Shown here piece after piece: positions 28,894 through 38,204 of a DNA stretch of 64,000 bases (position 1 is its first letter; every line of letters starts with the position of its first letter). The notes under the pieces were generated by a model. The model searched no databases, had not been told where the DNA came from, and worked only from the letters and a program-made list of their open reading frames with translations. The position numbers and the translations under genes are program-made. Origin of the DNA: an uncultured Candidatus Saccharibacteria bacterium (GTDB taxonomy: Bacteria > Patescibacteriota > Minisyncoccia > Phycocordibacterales > CAIZLB01); assembly GCA_964450605.1 (NCBI GenBank), contig CAYVEK010000002.1, positions 199,805 through 263,804 on the forward strand. The letters are read 5' to 3'.

Positions 28894-31281
28894 TTACTCA
28901 ACCACCTGCCCTCCTCCCTGTCCAGCTGTTGTAATACCGTCAACACCTCCACTTATCGTGGTTTGGGTAAACGAATCAGTAGCATCTATACGTGGACCTA
29001 TTAACACCACCGGTTCTGATTCTTTTTGCACAAGACTTGGAGTAAATCCAAACTCAAAATAAAACTCAACGGGTTTTTGTTCTGAACCAGTGCCTGCAGG
29101 TATTTCACCCATTTGTATAGTTATTTCTCTTTTTGCAGTATTGAAGTAAATACTCTTTGCATTTATATTGCTACTATATTTATTTTTCCAAGTTGCATTT
29201 GGAGGGAGCTTAGCAGTAAAAACAGTTCCTTTAACAGCATTTGCAGTATTTGTAATACGCCCAACATACCTAAATGTGGTTTCCGTGTTTACTTTGGTTG
29301 GAACTGGACCAGACACATGTTCTATATAAGATTCGAGTGCCAGATCTGTCATGAGACGCAACTCTCTTGATGTGTCATATGTTATTTCTTCAGGTACATT
29401 GTTTTCATTTAGACGTTTTGCCTTTACTGTTATTACAAAACTTGAACCAGCTCTTCGCATTATATTTACAAGATCATCTCTTGACTTAATAACGTCAACA
29501 TTAAATGAAAGGTCTCTTCTTTGTCCGGGTTCAATTACAGCAAGTTCTGTTTTTTGAGACTGATCCCAAAATACAATATCATCAGATGAGCGGTAAAATC
29601 CTCCGTCAGGAGCAACTTTTGTTCTATCAATCAAAGTTCCTGCCAAACGCATTTCAACAACAACATCTGTAAGAGTATTCTTTAGATTATTTACAATAAC
29701 AATATTTCCTCGCAAACCATCTCCATACTTTACAGCCAATGGACCAGATACAGTACCATCGAGATCCAATGTTGTAAGTACAAAAGGGTCTTTTATTGAA
29801 ACCTTTTGGTCTTGCGTTGCAATAACTGTACTCATCTGACCTGTTTTAGGATCAGACACTCCAAGTGTAAATCTAAAGTTTTTATCAAGATTTGAAGTTC
29901 CAATCAAAACACCTTTTAGTTTTATAGTCCTTGCCCCGAGTGCCTCTATATCACCTATATTCCAGATATTATTATCACCCACAGGTTTTATATTTGATTC
30001 AGTAAGCTTATATCCAAACGGATATTCAACCTTTAGTTGAACATTTTTTATAGGCTCACTAGAGTTAGAAACAACTTCTACATCAAAAACAAGCTCTTTA
30101 TTATTTGTGATTTCCTTAACATTTGTAATCTTGGTCGTAAGAGGAGATCCTGCAATAGTGATACCTACTTTCTTATCTTTACTGAAAATATTTGTGGAAT
30201 CAGCAATATTAAATTCAAAAGAATACATTATATTCTTTTTCAGATTTTGTTCACCAAAAAATACAGCACTCAATTTTCTTCGAACAGTTTGACCTGCAGG
30301 AACTTCTCCGATGTCTATTCTTTGATTATTTAGATTCAAAGTTCTATCTTCCGGATTTTTGGTGCCATCAGGATATTGAACTACAAGATCTGCTTGTATA
30401 AGTTCAGCAGAGTTGTTGTTTGTGATATCAACCAAAAACTCACTAACCTCACCTGAAACTACAGATACTGGACCAGTAACCTTGATATCTATCTTATCTG
30501 GAGATATAACATTTGTACCTCGTTCAAAGTGAATATACGCATAGCCCAGAGCTCCAACAAAAAACAGTAATACAAACGTAAACAAGACAGAACCGAAGGT
30601 CAGACGTTTAACTTTTTCAACCTTTTGTGCACGCACGAGTTCTTGTTGTGTTTTGGTCAGAGGTTTCTGTTCCGCAGCGTGAGGTTTAAAATCTTTATTT
30701 AAAGTTTCCAGACTTCTATCTCCCACTCTATATATATGTATCTCAGGCTTTGGCTCAGTCTCTTTTTCTTCAACCCCTGCTGATTCGATAGGAACAGGAT
30801 TTTCTTTTTTACCAAGGTTTGGATATATACTACTCTCAGCTTGTGCTGCTGCATACTTCAAAGTAACATCTTGGGCAGCTAGTCTCTTTTTTGTATTTTC
30901 AGCTCTGTCTTGTGAGAACTTTTCACTTAGAAATTGACCTATCGATTGCTTTTTTTCTACTGAGCCCGACTGTACAGATGTACTTATAGGTTTTTTATCA
31001 GCATTTGTTTGTTCAGCCTGACTATAATGCCCGTATATCCCCTTGCCCATACCCGTATCATACAGAGACCCCGCACCAGATGCCGACTCTTCTTCTTGTT
31101 TTATTTTTTTATCTTTCTCCTTTTCTTCCTTTATTTTCTGATCAACATCATCCCAGTTTGTACTTATATTCTCTTTATGTGCATGCAAATTATTATCACG
31201 CACAGCAGATGTGTGTATATTTTTTGAATATAACTTCTTTTTTAATTCTTCTATACGTAATAATTCTTCTTCACTTGCCAT
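28894..31281 (-). CDS. Bitopic membrane protein, 795 aa. It has a cytoplasmic charged or coiled-coil N-terminus, one transmembrane helix, and a large extracytoplasmic beta-rich region.
   Basis: ORF track. Transmembrane helix LTFGSVLFTFVLLFFVGALGYAYI at about residue 235. It lies directly upstream of the giant surface protein. Confidence 0.6.
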   Translation of the reverse strand: MASEEELLRIEELKKKLYSKNIHTSAVRDNNLHAHKENISTNWDDVDQKIKEEKEKDKKIKQEEESASGAGSLYDTGMGKGIYGHYSQAEQTNADKKPISTSVQSGSVEKKQSIGQFLSEKFSQDRAENTKKRLAAQDVTLKYAAAQAESSIYPNLGKKENPVPIESAGVEEKETEPKPEIHIYRVGDRSLETLNKDFKPHAAEQKPLTKTQQELVRAQKVEKVKRLTFGSVLFTFVLLFFVGALGYAYIHFERGTNVISPDKIDIKVTGPVSVVSGEVSEFLVDITNNNSAELIQADLVVQYPDGTKNPEDRTLNLNNQRIDIGEVPAGQTVRRKLSAVFFGEQNLKKNIMYSFEFNIADSTNIFSKDKKVGITIAGSPLTTKITNVKEITNNKELVFDVEVVSNSSEPIKNVQLKVEYPFGYKLTESNIKPVGDNNIWNIGDIEALGARTIKLKGVLIGTSNLDKNFRFTLGVSDPKTGQMSTVIATQDQKVSIKDPFVLTTLDLDGTVSGPLAVKYGDGLRGNIVIVNNLKNTLTDVVVEMRLAGTLIDRTKVAPDGGFYRSSDDIVFWDQSQKTELAVIEPGQRRDLSFNVDVIKSRDDLVNIMRRAGSSFVITVKAKRLNENNVPEEITYDTSRELRLMTDLALESYIEHVSGPVPTKVNTETTFRYVGRITNTANAVKGTVFTAKLPPNATWKNKYSSNINAKSIYFNTAKREITIQMGEIPAGTGSEQKPVEFYFEFGFTPSLVQKESEPVVLIGPRIDATDSFTQTTISGGVDGITTAGQGGGQVVE

Positions 31282-31330
31282 ATATATGTATATTGTAAAT
31301 GGAAAAACAATTATTCGCTAATAGTATGTA

Positions 31331-33130
31331 CTAATAAATAGTCACATATCCAACTGAGTCACCTCCAAGTCTTCGAGCAGCAGTAGTTCCTGAAGGACAA
31401 TATCCTTCACAATATGATCTATCATATATATCTAAGAACAAAGTATACTGTCCTGGCTGTAGCACATTTGCGATATCTCCTGAATATAGAGTATCGAGTC
31501 TAACATCAATGATTCCATTTGATGGAACCTGTACCTGTTTCAATGTTCCGGTTGTACCGTTTACAGATGTAAGTCTTACAACAGCATATGCACCAGAAGG
31601 AATATTTGCTGAAGAGAAACGTATAGACTGATTACTATTTCTATACCATACTTCTCCACCGATAGGATTTGTTAGATCAACCCAAACAGTTGTTCCGGCT
31701 GTTGTTACATTGAAATAGCTACTGTAACCTATACGTTGACCGTATGTAGATCCTTGATCTATAACTGCAATTCTATATGAGCCTGGTGACACATCAGCTG
31801 GAATAAGTATAGATGAATCGCCTGCTCCATATGCAACTAAATATTTTGAATATATAACCCTTCCTTGATTGTCATACAGATAGGCATACAACGGACCAGT
31901 GTTGGCGTTTGGATTCCAACTAAACGCGATAGAATCTCCTGGTTTAAAGACAGAGTTTGATGATTGTATAGAAACAGTTATACCAGTTGAATTTGAATTA
32001 CTTCCTGTTCCAAGACGGAAATATGCATCACTTTCATCTTTAATCGCCTCATACCAGTTTGAATATCCTGTGTATGTTATAGGTTTATTTGAAATAAATA
32101 CTTTATAGTAACCAGTGTTTAACCTTATTGTATTTCCAAGTGCAGTTTGGTTGAGACATGGTTGATTTTGTACGGGACGAAATGAAAATACTTGAGATAA
32201 CATCGGCGCTGAGCCTAGATAACAAAGCGGACCATTGCTGTCCTGTAAGGCAACATATGCAGTATCATTACTTCCAAAACCTGTTGATGTCCAACGAAGA
32301 GTATAATCATTTCCAAAAATTAATTCTTCCGATCCAGAATTTGGATATGTGACTTGTATAGACTGATAACTTGTGTTTGGCACATTTGCAGTATTTATAG
32401 AAATCCAATCATCACTCATATCAGAATACTGACCTGTAGCACTTCTTATAGATACTTTGTATCGACCTGTCTGTAATCCATATTGATTTGGATTAAGTGT
32501 TAGCGAGTAGATACCATTTACAAGTGGAACACTTGCTATAAAGATAGGTGCCGGCATTTCCATAGTACAGTAATATCCTGATGGACAGACTTTTTCTCTT
32601 TCAAGATATATATTTACTGTCTCGTTTGTTACATACACCTGTGGAACAACCCATCGTATATCATATGTTCGACCGATCTCCCAGTTCTCTCTACCGTTTG
32701 GAGATATAAGCTGAAAAGCTTGAGGATTATTTGGATTTGGATAACCTGTATTTGCACAACTGATATTTGCAATGGCGTTTCTGGTTGCAAGGTTTACAAC
32801 ACCGTTTGGCACTAAACCTTGATTACGTTGAAACTGCTGAACAGCTTTACGTGTAGAAACTCCGAAATATCCTGAAGGTGCCGTCTGTAGATAGCCACTA
32901 GAGTTTAAGAATGACTGAAGCTGTGATATGGGGCCTGGCGCAAATGTATATGTCCTATCTCGCATACCAAAACGTAGGGTTTGGTTGAGCTGTACACAGC
33001 TTACAGGATAATAATACCCTCCTTGATATGAAGTAGTGTATGGATATGTATATGACGTTTGAGCTTGGACTACTGATACTTGTAGAACAAAGGCTATAAC
33101 CGCTATGAATGTAAAAATATACTTTTTCAT
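31331..33130 (-). CDS. Secreted protein with an N-terminal peptidoglycan-binding-like domain and a Tyr/Ser/Thr-rich beta region.
   Basis: The start was moved to the ATG at 33130, giving the signal MKKYIFTFIAVIAFVLQVSVVQA. PG-binding signature ISQLQSFLNSSGYLQ...GYFGVSTRKAVQQFQRNQGLVPNGVVNLATRNAI. Confidence 0.65.
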   Translation of the reverse strand: MKKYIFTFIAVIAFVLQVSVVQAQTSYTYPYTTSYQGGYYYPVSCVQLNQTLRFGMRDRTYTFAPGPISQLQSFLNSSGYLQTAPSGYFGVSTRKAVQQFQRNQGLVPNGVVNLATRNAIANISCANTGYPNPNNPQAFQLISPNGRENWEIGRTYDIRWVVPQVYVTNETVNIYLEREKVCPSGYYCTMEMPAPIFIASVPLVNGIYSLTLNPNQYGLQTGRYKVSIRSATGQYSDMSDDWISINTANVPNTSYQSIQVTYPNSGSEELIFGNDYTLRWTSTGFGSNDTAYVALQDSNGPLCYLGSAPMLSQVFSFRPVQNQPCLNQTALGNTIRLNTGYYKVFISNKPITYTGYSNWYEAIKDESDAYFRLGTGSNSNSTGITVSIQSSNSVFKPGDSIAFSWNPNANTGPLYAYLYDNQGRVIYSKYLVAYGAGDSSILIPADVSPGSYRIAVIDQGSTYGQRIGYSSYFNVTTAGTTVWVDLTNPIGGEVWYRNSNQSIRFSSANIPSGAYAVVRLTSVNGTTGTLKQVQVPSNGIIDVRLDTLYSGDIANVLQPGQYTLFLDIYDRSYCEGYCPSGTTAARRLGGDSVGYVTIY

Positions 33131-33179
33131 ATGGGTATTATAGCACGGGTGTCGAGGGGGTGTTGAAGAGATTTTCTTT

Positions 33180-33668
33180 TCACTGAATTGACGTTTCAGA
33201 AATAAGGATATGTATAGCCTCAAAAACATCTTTGAACTGAGAATCATATTTTTGTTCCAAATCTCTTATTTTTTGATTAAGGTCGCTATAGTTTAACGAC
33301 ATCTTTCTCATTAAAACAAAAGCTCTCATTATCTGAATATTTACCTGTACAGCTCTCTTACTTGACAATACGCTTGACAGCATAGCAATACCCTGTTCAG
33401 TGAAAACAAAAGAATTTGTTCGTCTTTTTGCGTTTTTATTTTGTAATTTTGCGGTCACAAATTGTGACCGCAAAATATTTTCTGTGGATAATCTGTTTAT
33501 AACGAACATAAAATCAATAGGAAACCTATCTATATTTCTTTTAACGGCTTGGTTTAGAGCTTTTGTAGTTACTCCATATAATTCGGCTAAATCATAGTCA
33601 AACATAACCCTCTGATCATTATATTCAAATATCTTTGAATGGATTTTTTCTAAATCGTTATTTTTCAT
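33180..33668 (-). CDS. ORF6N-domain (KilA-N/antirepressor-like) DNA-binding protein.
   Basis: N-terminal MFDYDLAELYGVTTKALNQAVKRNIDRFPIDFMF matches the ORF6N signature. The C-terminus is coiled-coil. Confidence 0.6.
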   Translation of the reverse strand: MKNNDLEKIHSKIFEYNDQRVMFDYDLAELYGVTTKALNQAVKRNIDRFPIDFMFVINRLSTENILRSQFVTAKLQNKNAKRRTNSFVFTEQGIAMLSSVLSSKRAVQVNIQIMRAFVLMRKMSLNYSDLNQKIRDLEQKYDSQFKDVFEAIHILISETSIQ

Positions 33669-33809
33669 TCATATATTTATATATCAACATAGATAAAATA
33701 ATTCCGAAGAAATGATAAATTAAATATGAGCAGACTTCTTGAAGTCACAATCTGTGACTTCAAGATTTAGTTTTTGAACCATTAGAAACTCTACCATACA
33801 CCTCTCCTT

Positions 33810-34163
33810 CTATTTATTACATATTTCCTTCATCCTTACCTTGAGTAATTTAACTATGATACTTTTCGGAACCTCCTTGTCATACGGAACACGAACACAT
33901 CCTTTTGATGTAGAAAAATCTTTGAGCAATTCTTTACATGTTTCTATAGGGCCTGATGTTGGATATAAACCAAGATGTCCTTTCATTGAAGCAAAGTAAA
34001 AAAGCGGTTGCCCGTTCCATTTGTAGGCAGGTATACCGTAAGCGATCTCTTCTTTTGCGTCAGGCACGGTTTCTTTAACAATCTTTCGAACAGTTTTAAG
34101 ATGCGGTTGGTGCAGTTTATTTGCTGATGAGATATATGAGGAGATGGTTTTGTGTGGAGTCAT
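33810..34163 (-). CDS. DUF1801 (YdhG-like) domain protein.
   Basis: Sequence pattern EEIAYGIPAYKWNGQPLFYFASMKGHLGLYP. Confidence 0.55.
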   Translation of the reverse strand: MTPHKTISSYISSANKLHQPHLKTVRKIVKETVPDAKEEIAYGIPAYKWNGQPLFYFASMKGHLGLYPTSGPIETCKELLKDFSTSKGCVRVPYDKEVPKSIIVKLLKVRMKEICNK

Positions 34164-34176
34164 ATATAAAATTGTA

Positions 34177-34210
34177 ACAAAAAAGTGAGGGGCTGGTGAG
34201 CCCCTCCCTC
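34177..34210 (-). terminator. Rho-independent terminator on the minus strand.
   Basis: On the minus strand, GAGGGGCTCACCAGCCCCTC is followed by ACTTTTTT. Confidence 0.55.
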
Positions 34211-34220
34211 GAGGAAACGA

Positions 34221-34409
34221 TCATCTGCGGTGTGCAAACCAACCTGGCCATAGAAGCATGAATCTTATTTTCTTTATGGTTTCCCATAACAACTGAATGC
34301 TGGGCGGCCTTTTGAAGTTTTCAATCGGAATATTGACAAACCTCCACACCACGACAAGATTTCCAATTATCAGGTAAAGAAGAGTAACTGTTAGTAAAAG
34401 GTCTTTCAT
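34221..34409 (-). CDS. Possible small membrane protein of about 62 aa.
   Basis: C-terminal half of track ORF 34221..34565. It has one transmembrane helix and ends just before the terminator. The longer track ORF overlaps the 34469..34894 gene. Confidence 0.25.
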   Translation of the reverse strand: MKDLLLTVTLLYLIIGNLVVVWRFVNIPIENFKRPPSIQLLWETIKKIRFMLLWPGWFAHRR

Positions 34410-34468
34410 AGGGGTATCGGATTTATCTAAACTATAACCCAATTTAAGATAAATACAACCTGAAAAAT

Positions 34469-34894
34469 TTAGATTTTTTCCTTTTCCTTTCTTGTCAGGA
34501 AGACAATTCCCAAAACAACACAAATGAAAAATGTTAGAGTCATTAAAAAATTTACAAAAAACCACAGGGATAAAGGACTTGCTGTAGTTGGATTTTTTGG
34601 ATCAAAATATATAGTTACATTTGATCCTATTGGATATATATCCTGGTACCTTGATATATGTGTATAGAAATAGCTATTTCCTTGATTATCAAAATACTGA
34701 ATTTTGACCATAGGTTTTCTATATGTACATGTAGGTCGACACATAGGATCAACTACTATTCCCTGTGTTTTGTCTCCCGCCACAAAAACATACATCTCTT
34801 TACCATACTGAAATAGACCGATGAGACAAAGTAGTGCTAAAAAGCTTAGAAGTAGCGTGTTGTACCAGCTCGAGTGTCGATATGATTTTGCCAT
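34469..34894 (-). CDS. Hypothetical membrane protein with two transmembrane helices.
   Basis: The start was moved to the ATG at 34894 (MAKSYRHSSWYNTLLLSFLALLCLIGLF...), which avoids overlapping grpB. Confidence 0.5.
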   Translation of the reverse strand: MAKSYRHSSWYNTLLLSFLALLCLIGLFQYGKEMYVFVAGDKTQGIVVDPMCRPTCTYRKPMVKIQYFDNQGNSYFYTHISRYQDIYPIGSNVTIYFDPKNPTTASPLSLWFFVNFLMTLTFFICVVLGIVFLTRKEKEKI

Positions 34895-34901
34895 GTGTAT
34901 A

Positions 34902-35456
34902 TTATATATTGGTTTTACTCTCAAACCATCCATATGCCTCCTTTTCTATTTCATCTAAAAATGGCTTTTTTGCAGCCCTGTATGCAGGATAATCATCGGG
35001 ATATTTCTGAAAATTTAACTCCTTGAGATCTGCATACTGTTTTGCTTTTTCTGGAAAAGCTCTAAAAAAATCTCTCATTATTAAAAATTGCTTAACTTTT
35101 GGAGCATTTGCTTCACAGACATGAATATTTTCTAATTTTTCCCCATCTGGACCACACTTAAAAAATATAATTGTATTTGGAGCGATATAGTTCTCTCCCC
35201 AATCATAGCCAACATCAACCATCTTGTCGATTTGCTCTGATATGTTTTTTATATCTTTAACGATTATCAAAACATCTATTATAGGTTTTGCTCTCATGCC
35301 AGGTATCGAGGTACTTCCAATATGCTCGATCTGAATAGCTTTTTCTCCAAAGATTTCAGATATATTTTTTTTAATTATTTCAAACTTTGTAATCCAGTTT
35401 GGGTCGTATGAGGAAAATAAGTATTTTCTTTTTATAGTTTTGTCTAGTTCTTTCAT
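34902..35456 (-). CDS. grpB: GrpB/UPF0157 family protein, nucleotidyltransferase-like.
   Basis: HIGSTSIPG and KPIIDVLI motifs. The start was moved to the ATG at 35456 (MKELDK...). The track N-terminal extension overlaps the next gene. Confidence 0.6.
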   Translation of the reverse strand: MKELDKTIKRKYLFSSYDPNWITKFEIIKKNISEIFGEKAIQIEHIGSTSIPGMRAKPIIDVLIIVKDIKNISEQIDKMVDVGYDWGENYIAPNTIIFFKCGPDGEKLENIHVCEANAPKVKQFLIMRDFFRAFPEKAKQYADLKELNFQKYPDDYPAYRAAKKPFLDEIEKEAYGWFESKTNI

Positions 35457-35532
35457 TGGTTTGATTATAATTAGAGTCACAAAACGACTTCGGTCCGACT
35501 CTGTGTCTAAAAAATACAGAGGTAACAAGGAG

Positions 35533-35562
35533 TTCAAGGAAGCAATTCCTTGAACTTTTTTG
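35533..35562. terminator. Hairpin terminator between grpB and the EEP-family gene.
   Basis: GTTCAAGGAA-GCAA-TTCCTTGAAC followed by TTTTTT. Confidence 0.5.
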
Positions 35563-35565
35563 TAA

Positions 35566-36300
35566 CTATATTTCCACAAACAACGCAGCATGATCGGAAA
35601 CCTCATCAGGCAAAACTTTAAAATCTTTAACCTCAAGATCTGGAGAAACAAAAACATAATCCGCAAACTTTTCTTCCTTTGTATAAAAACTTGTTCTTGT
35701 AGAAGAAACACCATACTCCGCTATGAGGTTTTTTAGATTTAATTCTTTTTCAATCATCTGTAGACTTTCTGTATCAGGCCTTAGATTAAAATCACCTGCC
35801 AACACAACGTTGTGAGAAATCTGTTTAATAAAATTAACAATTCTTTTTGACTGATTTATACGATCTTCTGTATCTGTCTTACCTTGCCCATTCCACAACC
35901 CGTGGAAATTTAAAACAGTAAGATCCTGTTCTTTATGCTTAATTTTTATATATTGAAGATTTTTACCTGATGTGGCACCATCTTTTCCAACCAAAGAATT
36001 TTTCTCACGATGCACGAAGATGTCACCCATCTCTTCAATATCAATATCTTTTTTTATAAAAACTGCTAGCCCCCACTCATCAGCTTCTGCCGGTGCAAAA
36101 TATCCAACATGATCAGGTAGAGTATCAATGATCTCTGAGAATATTTCCGTCCTGTCTTTTTCTGACCAAGCTGTAATATGTGTTCCCTGGTGAAAAACTT
36201 CTTGTAGTAGGAAGATGTCTGTATCTGAATACCTGTGGAAAAAATCAAGTAAACTATCTCCTACTTGCCCTCCCCAGATGTTTAAGGAAATGATTTTCAT
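35566..36300 (-). CDS. Endonuclease/exonuclease/phosphatase (EEP) family protein.
   Basis: N-terminal MKIISLNIWGG, NFHG, and a C-terminal SDHAAL motif. Confidence 0.65.
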   Translation of the reverse strand: MKIISLNIWGGQVGDSLLDFFHRYSDTDIFLLQEVFHQGTHITAWSEKDRTEIFSEIIDTLPDHVGYFAPAEADEWGLAVFIKKDIDIEEMGDIFVHREKNSLVGKDGATSGKNLQYIKIKHKEQDLTVLNFHGLWNGQGKTDTEDRINQSKRIVNFIKQISHNVVLAGDFNLRPDTESLQMIEKELNLKNLIAEYGVSSTRTSFYTKEEKFADYVFVSPDLEVKDFKVLPDEVSDHAALFVEI

Positions 36301-36317
36301 GGGGGTATTATAGCATT

Positions 36318-36947
36318 TTAATCAAGTGTTTCGATCGACCAAACCCGACTCCATCGTTTCCATCTTTTTTGAATAATAACCTTGGGCAGTCTCATGTAAA
36401 ATCTATTATCTGGGGTTAGTTTTTCGTATTCAAGCATCGACAATTGATGAGTATCAAAAACATATAGATTTTCTTCATCATATCCATATACAAACATCAC
36501 ATGATCTAGTAGACCTCCAAACTTTAATGCGATATCAACTCCAGATACCTTACCAGTATCTACCCTACTCTCAATCATTTTGATACCATCTTCATACTTC
36601 ATTCGAGAAAATAATAAAACGTACACCAACTTAAAAAAGTTATTTACTTTTAATTTATTTACCTCCAAACGGAAACCTAAAGATTTTAGAAACATGGGTA
36701 ATTTAAAAAACTGAATCTGTGTCCAGGCAAATAATGCCGAATATACCCCTTTAAAGTTGACGCCAAACAATTTTTTAGAATCTATCTGTTCTGGATTATT
36801 AATATTTTGATTAAACTGTTGTGGTGCATAATAATGTAAAGCATAGTATAGAAAATCTCTACCACACTTATTACGAACAGATATGCCTTTATTTTTTTCA
36901 CGTTGTACAAAACCAAAAGTATCTAAATTAATTGGAAGATGGATCAT
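36318..36947 (-). CDS. Putative C39-like (Peptidase_C39_2/BtrH-like) cysteine peptidase domain protein.
   Basis: KCGRDFLYYALHYY contains the candidate catalytic Cys. HVMFVYGYDEENLYVFDTH contains the candidate His/Asp. Confidence 0.4.
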   Translation of the reverse strand: MIHLPINLDTFGFVQREKNKGISVRNKCGRDFLYYALHYYAPQQFNQNINNPEQIDSKKLFGVNFKGVYSALFAWTQIQFFKLPMFLKSLGFRLEVNKLKVNNFFKLVYVLLFSRMKYEDGIKMIESRVDTGKVSGVDIALKFGGLLDHVMFVYGYDEENLYVFDTHQLSMLEYEKLTPDNRFYMRLPKVIIQKRWKRWSRVWSIETLD

Positions 36948-37012
36948 GTGTAGATATTAACATATTAACAAACTAAACCATTCTGGTTATACTCAACACT
37001 TTATTTCCCTAG

Positions 37013-37099
37013 CGGAGGAAGTGGGATTCGAACCCACGGGGCAATTTCTCACCCGACAGTTTAGTAAACTGTTGATTTAAACCACTCATCCATTCCTCC
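37013..37099 (-). tRNA. Type II (long variable arm) tRNA-Ser-like gene with anticodon ACT and no encoded CCA.
   Basis: Reverse complement GGAGGAATGGATGAGTGGTTTAAATCAACAGTTTACTAAACTGTCGGGTGAGAAATTGCCCCGTGGGTTCGAATCCCACTTCCTCCG. It has a perfect 7-bp acceptor stem, a 3-bp D-stem and G73, all Ser identity features. The anticodon stem ACAGT/ACTGT closes the loop TTACTAA. Confidence 0.55.
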
Positions 37100-37225
37100 A
37101 AACGATGTGGACACTATAGCATAAGACTCCTATAAAATCACCTTGTTGACAGGAGATTAATTATCAATATAATAATAAGTATCAATGGGTTATCCCACAC
37201 GCTGGAACAGCAAAACTGTTCCGGC

Positions 37226-37618
37226 CTAATTTTTTAATAAGTTCATAATCATTAATCTTATTAACTCTAAATCTTTTTTAGAAATGTAGCCAACAAACTC
37301 ATCTAATCTTTTACTGTCCAAAACTCTTAACTGAGATATTAGAGCTGATTGTTTAACATTCTGTAATGTTACAATCACATAATATTTATTGTCTTTTATC
37401 ACAGTGCTCATGGGAACTCCCCAAAAAAGATTATTGTTGAACTTTTTAACAATCAAAACAGGTCTTCTAAAATATACACCTTTTCCGTTTTGTTCATATC
37501 CTATATTCTCACCCAAAGAACACCAAAATACCTGCCCTTCTGCTATGTATTTTACATTTCTATGTTGTTCATTTATATTTATCTTTTTGTAAATCCATTC
37601 TAAAAATCTTGCTACCAT
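37226..37618 (-). CDS. PemK/MazF-like toxin (endoribonuclease fold). It appears to be an orphan.
   Basis: The pattern GQVFWCSLGENIGYEQNGKGVYFRRPVLIVKK...YYVIVTLQNV...ISQLRVLDSKRL matches the MazF/PemK consensus. No antitoxin-sized ORF lies in the 60-bp gap upstream. Confidence 0.45.
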   Translation of the reverse strand: MVARFLEWIYKKININEQHRNVKYIAEGQVFWCSLGENIGYEQNGKGVYFRRPVLIVKKFNNNLFWGVPMSTVIKDNKYYVIVTLQNVKQSALISQLRVLDSKRLDEFVGYISKKDLELIRLMIMNLLKN

Positions 37619-37678
37619 CTGACAATGGTAACAAAAGTTCCATAAAGTTTTGATAAATAAAATATAAAGAAAAGATAA

Positions 37679-38200
37679 TTATCCAAACCAATGCTCTATC
37701 TCCCTCTCCGCCTCTTCCACACTCGCTGAGGCATGTATAAGGTTTCGTATAGACCTATCCTCCTCTTTAGCGATCTGATACGAATCAATCACAAAATCTC
37801 CTCGTATAGTTCCAACATCAGACATTAGAGGTTCTGTTCCACCTATGAGTTTTCGAACCATACGAACCGCATGCGGACCTTCCCATATCATAGGGATAAC
37901 AGGGCCCATAGTCATGTATCTTGTTAATCGACGAAGAACATCATTCGCTATCTCTATAGGATCAGAGCTTGGTGGAGTTAATCCTTTCTCTATATATCCA
38001 GCAATAGTCTTTTCGCCAACAGCCAGTTTCCACCCAGCATCGAGTGTGTAGTGTTGCTCTATATGCTCACCTGTTGGATTGACCAGCCTCATATCTATAA
38101 GCTTAAGACCTACTCGTTCAAAGCGAGATATGATCTCACCGATAAGTCCTCGCTCAACGGCATCTGGTTTTATGATGACAAGCGTTCGTTCAGAAAACAT
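37679..38200 (-). CDS. ndk: Nucleoside diphosphate kinase.
   Basis: N-terminal ERTLVIIKPDAVERGLIGEIISRFE. The start is the ATG at 38200, which avoids overlap with the nrdA stop. Confidence 0.85.
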   Translation of the reverse strand: MFSERTLVIIKPDAVERGLIGEIISRFERVGLKLIDMRLVNPTGEHIEQHYTLDAGWKLAVGEKTIAGYIEKGLTPPSSDPIEIANDVLRRLTRYMTMGPVIPMIWEGPHAVRMVRKLIGGTEPLMSDVGTIRGDFVIDSYQIAKEEDRSIRNLIHASASVEEAEREIEHWFG

Positions 38201-38204
38201 GAGG

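Noticed and set aside
34221-34565. 114-aa track ORF.
   Set aside because: Its 5' half overlaps the 3' end of the better-supported membrane-protein gene 34469..34894. Only the 3' portion (34221..34409) is retained, as a low-confidence small ORF.
37204-37236. Hairpin GGAACAGCAAAACTGTTCC followed by TAATTTTTT, oriented as a plus-strand terminator.
   Set aside because: No plus-strand gene ends upstream of it, and on the minus strand the T-run precedes the stem. It may be a relic or an incidental structure, so I did not list it as a feature.
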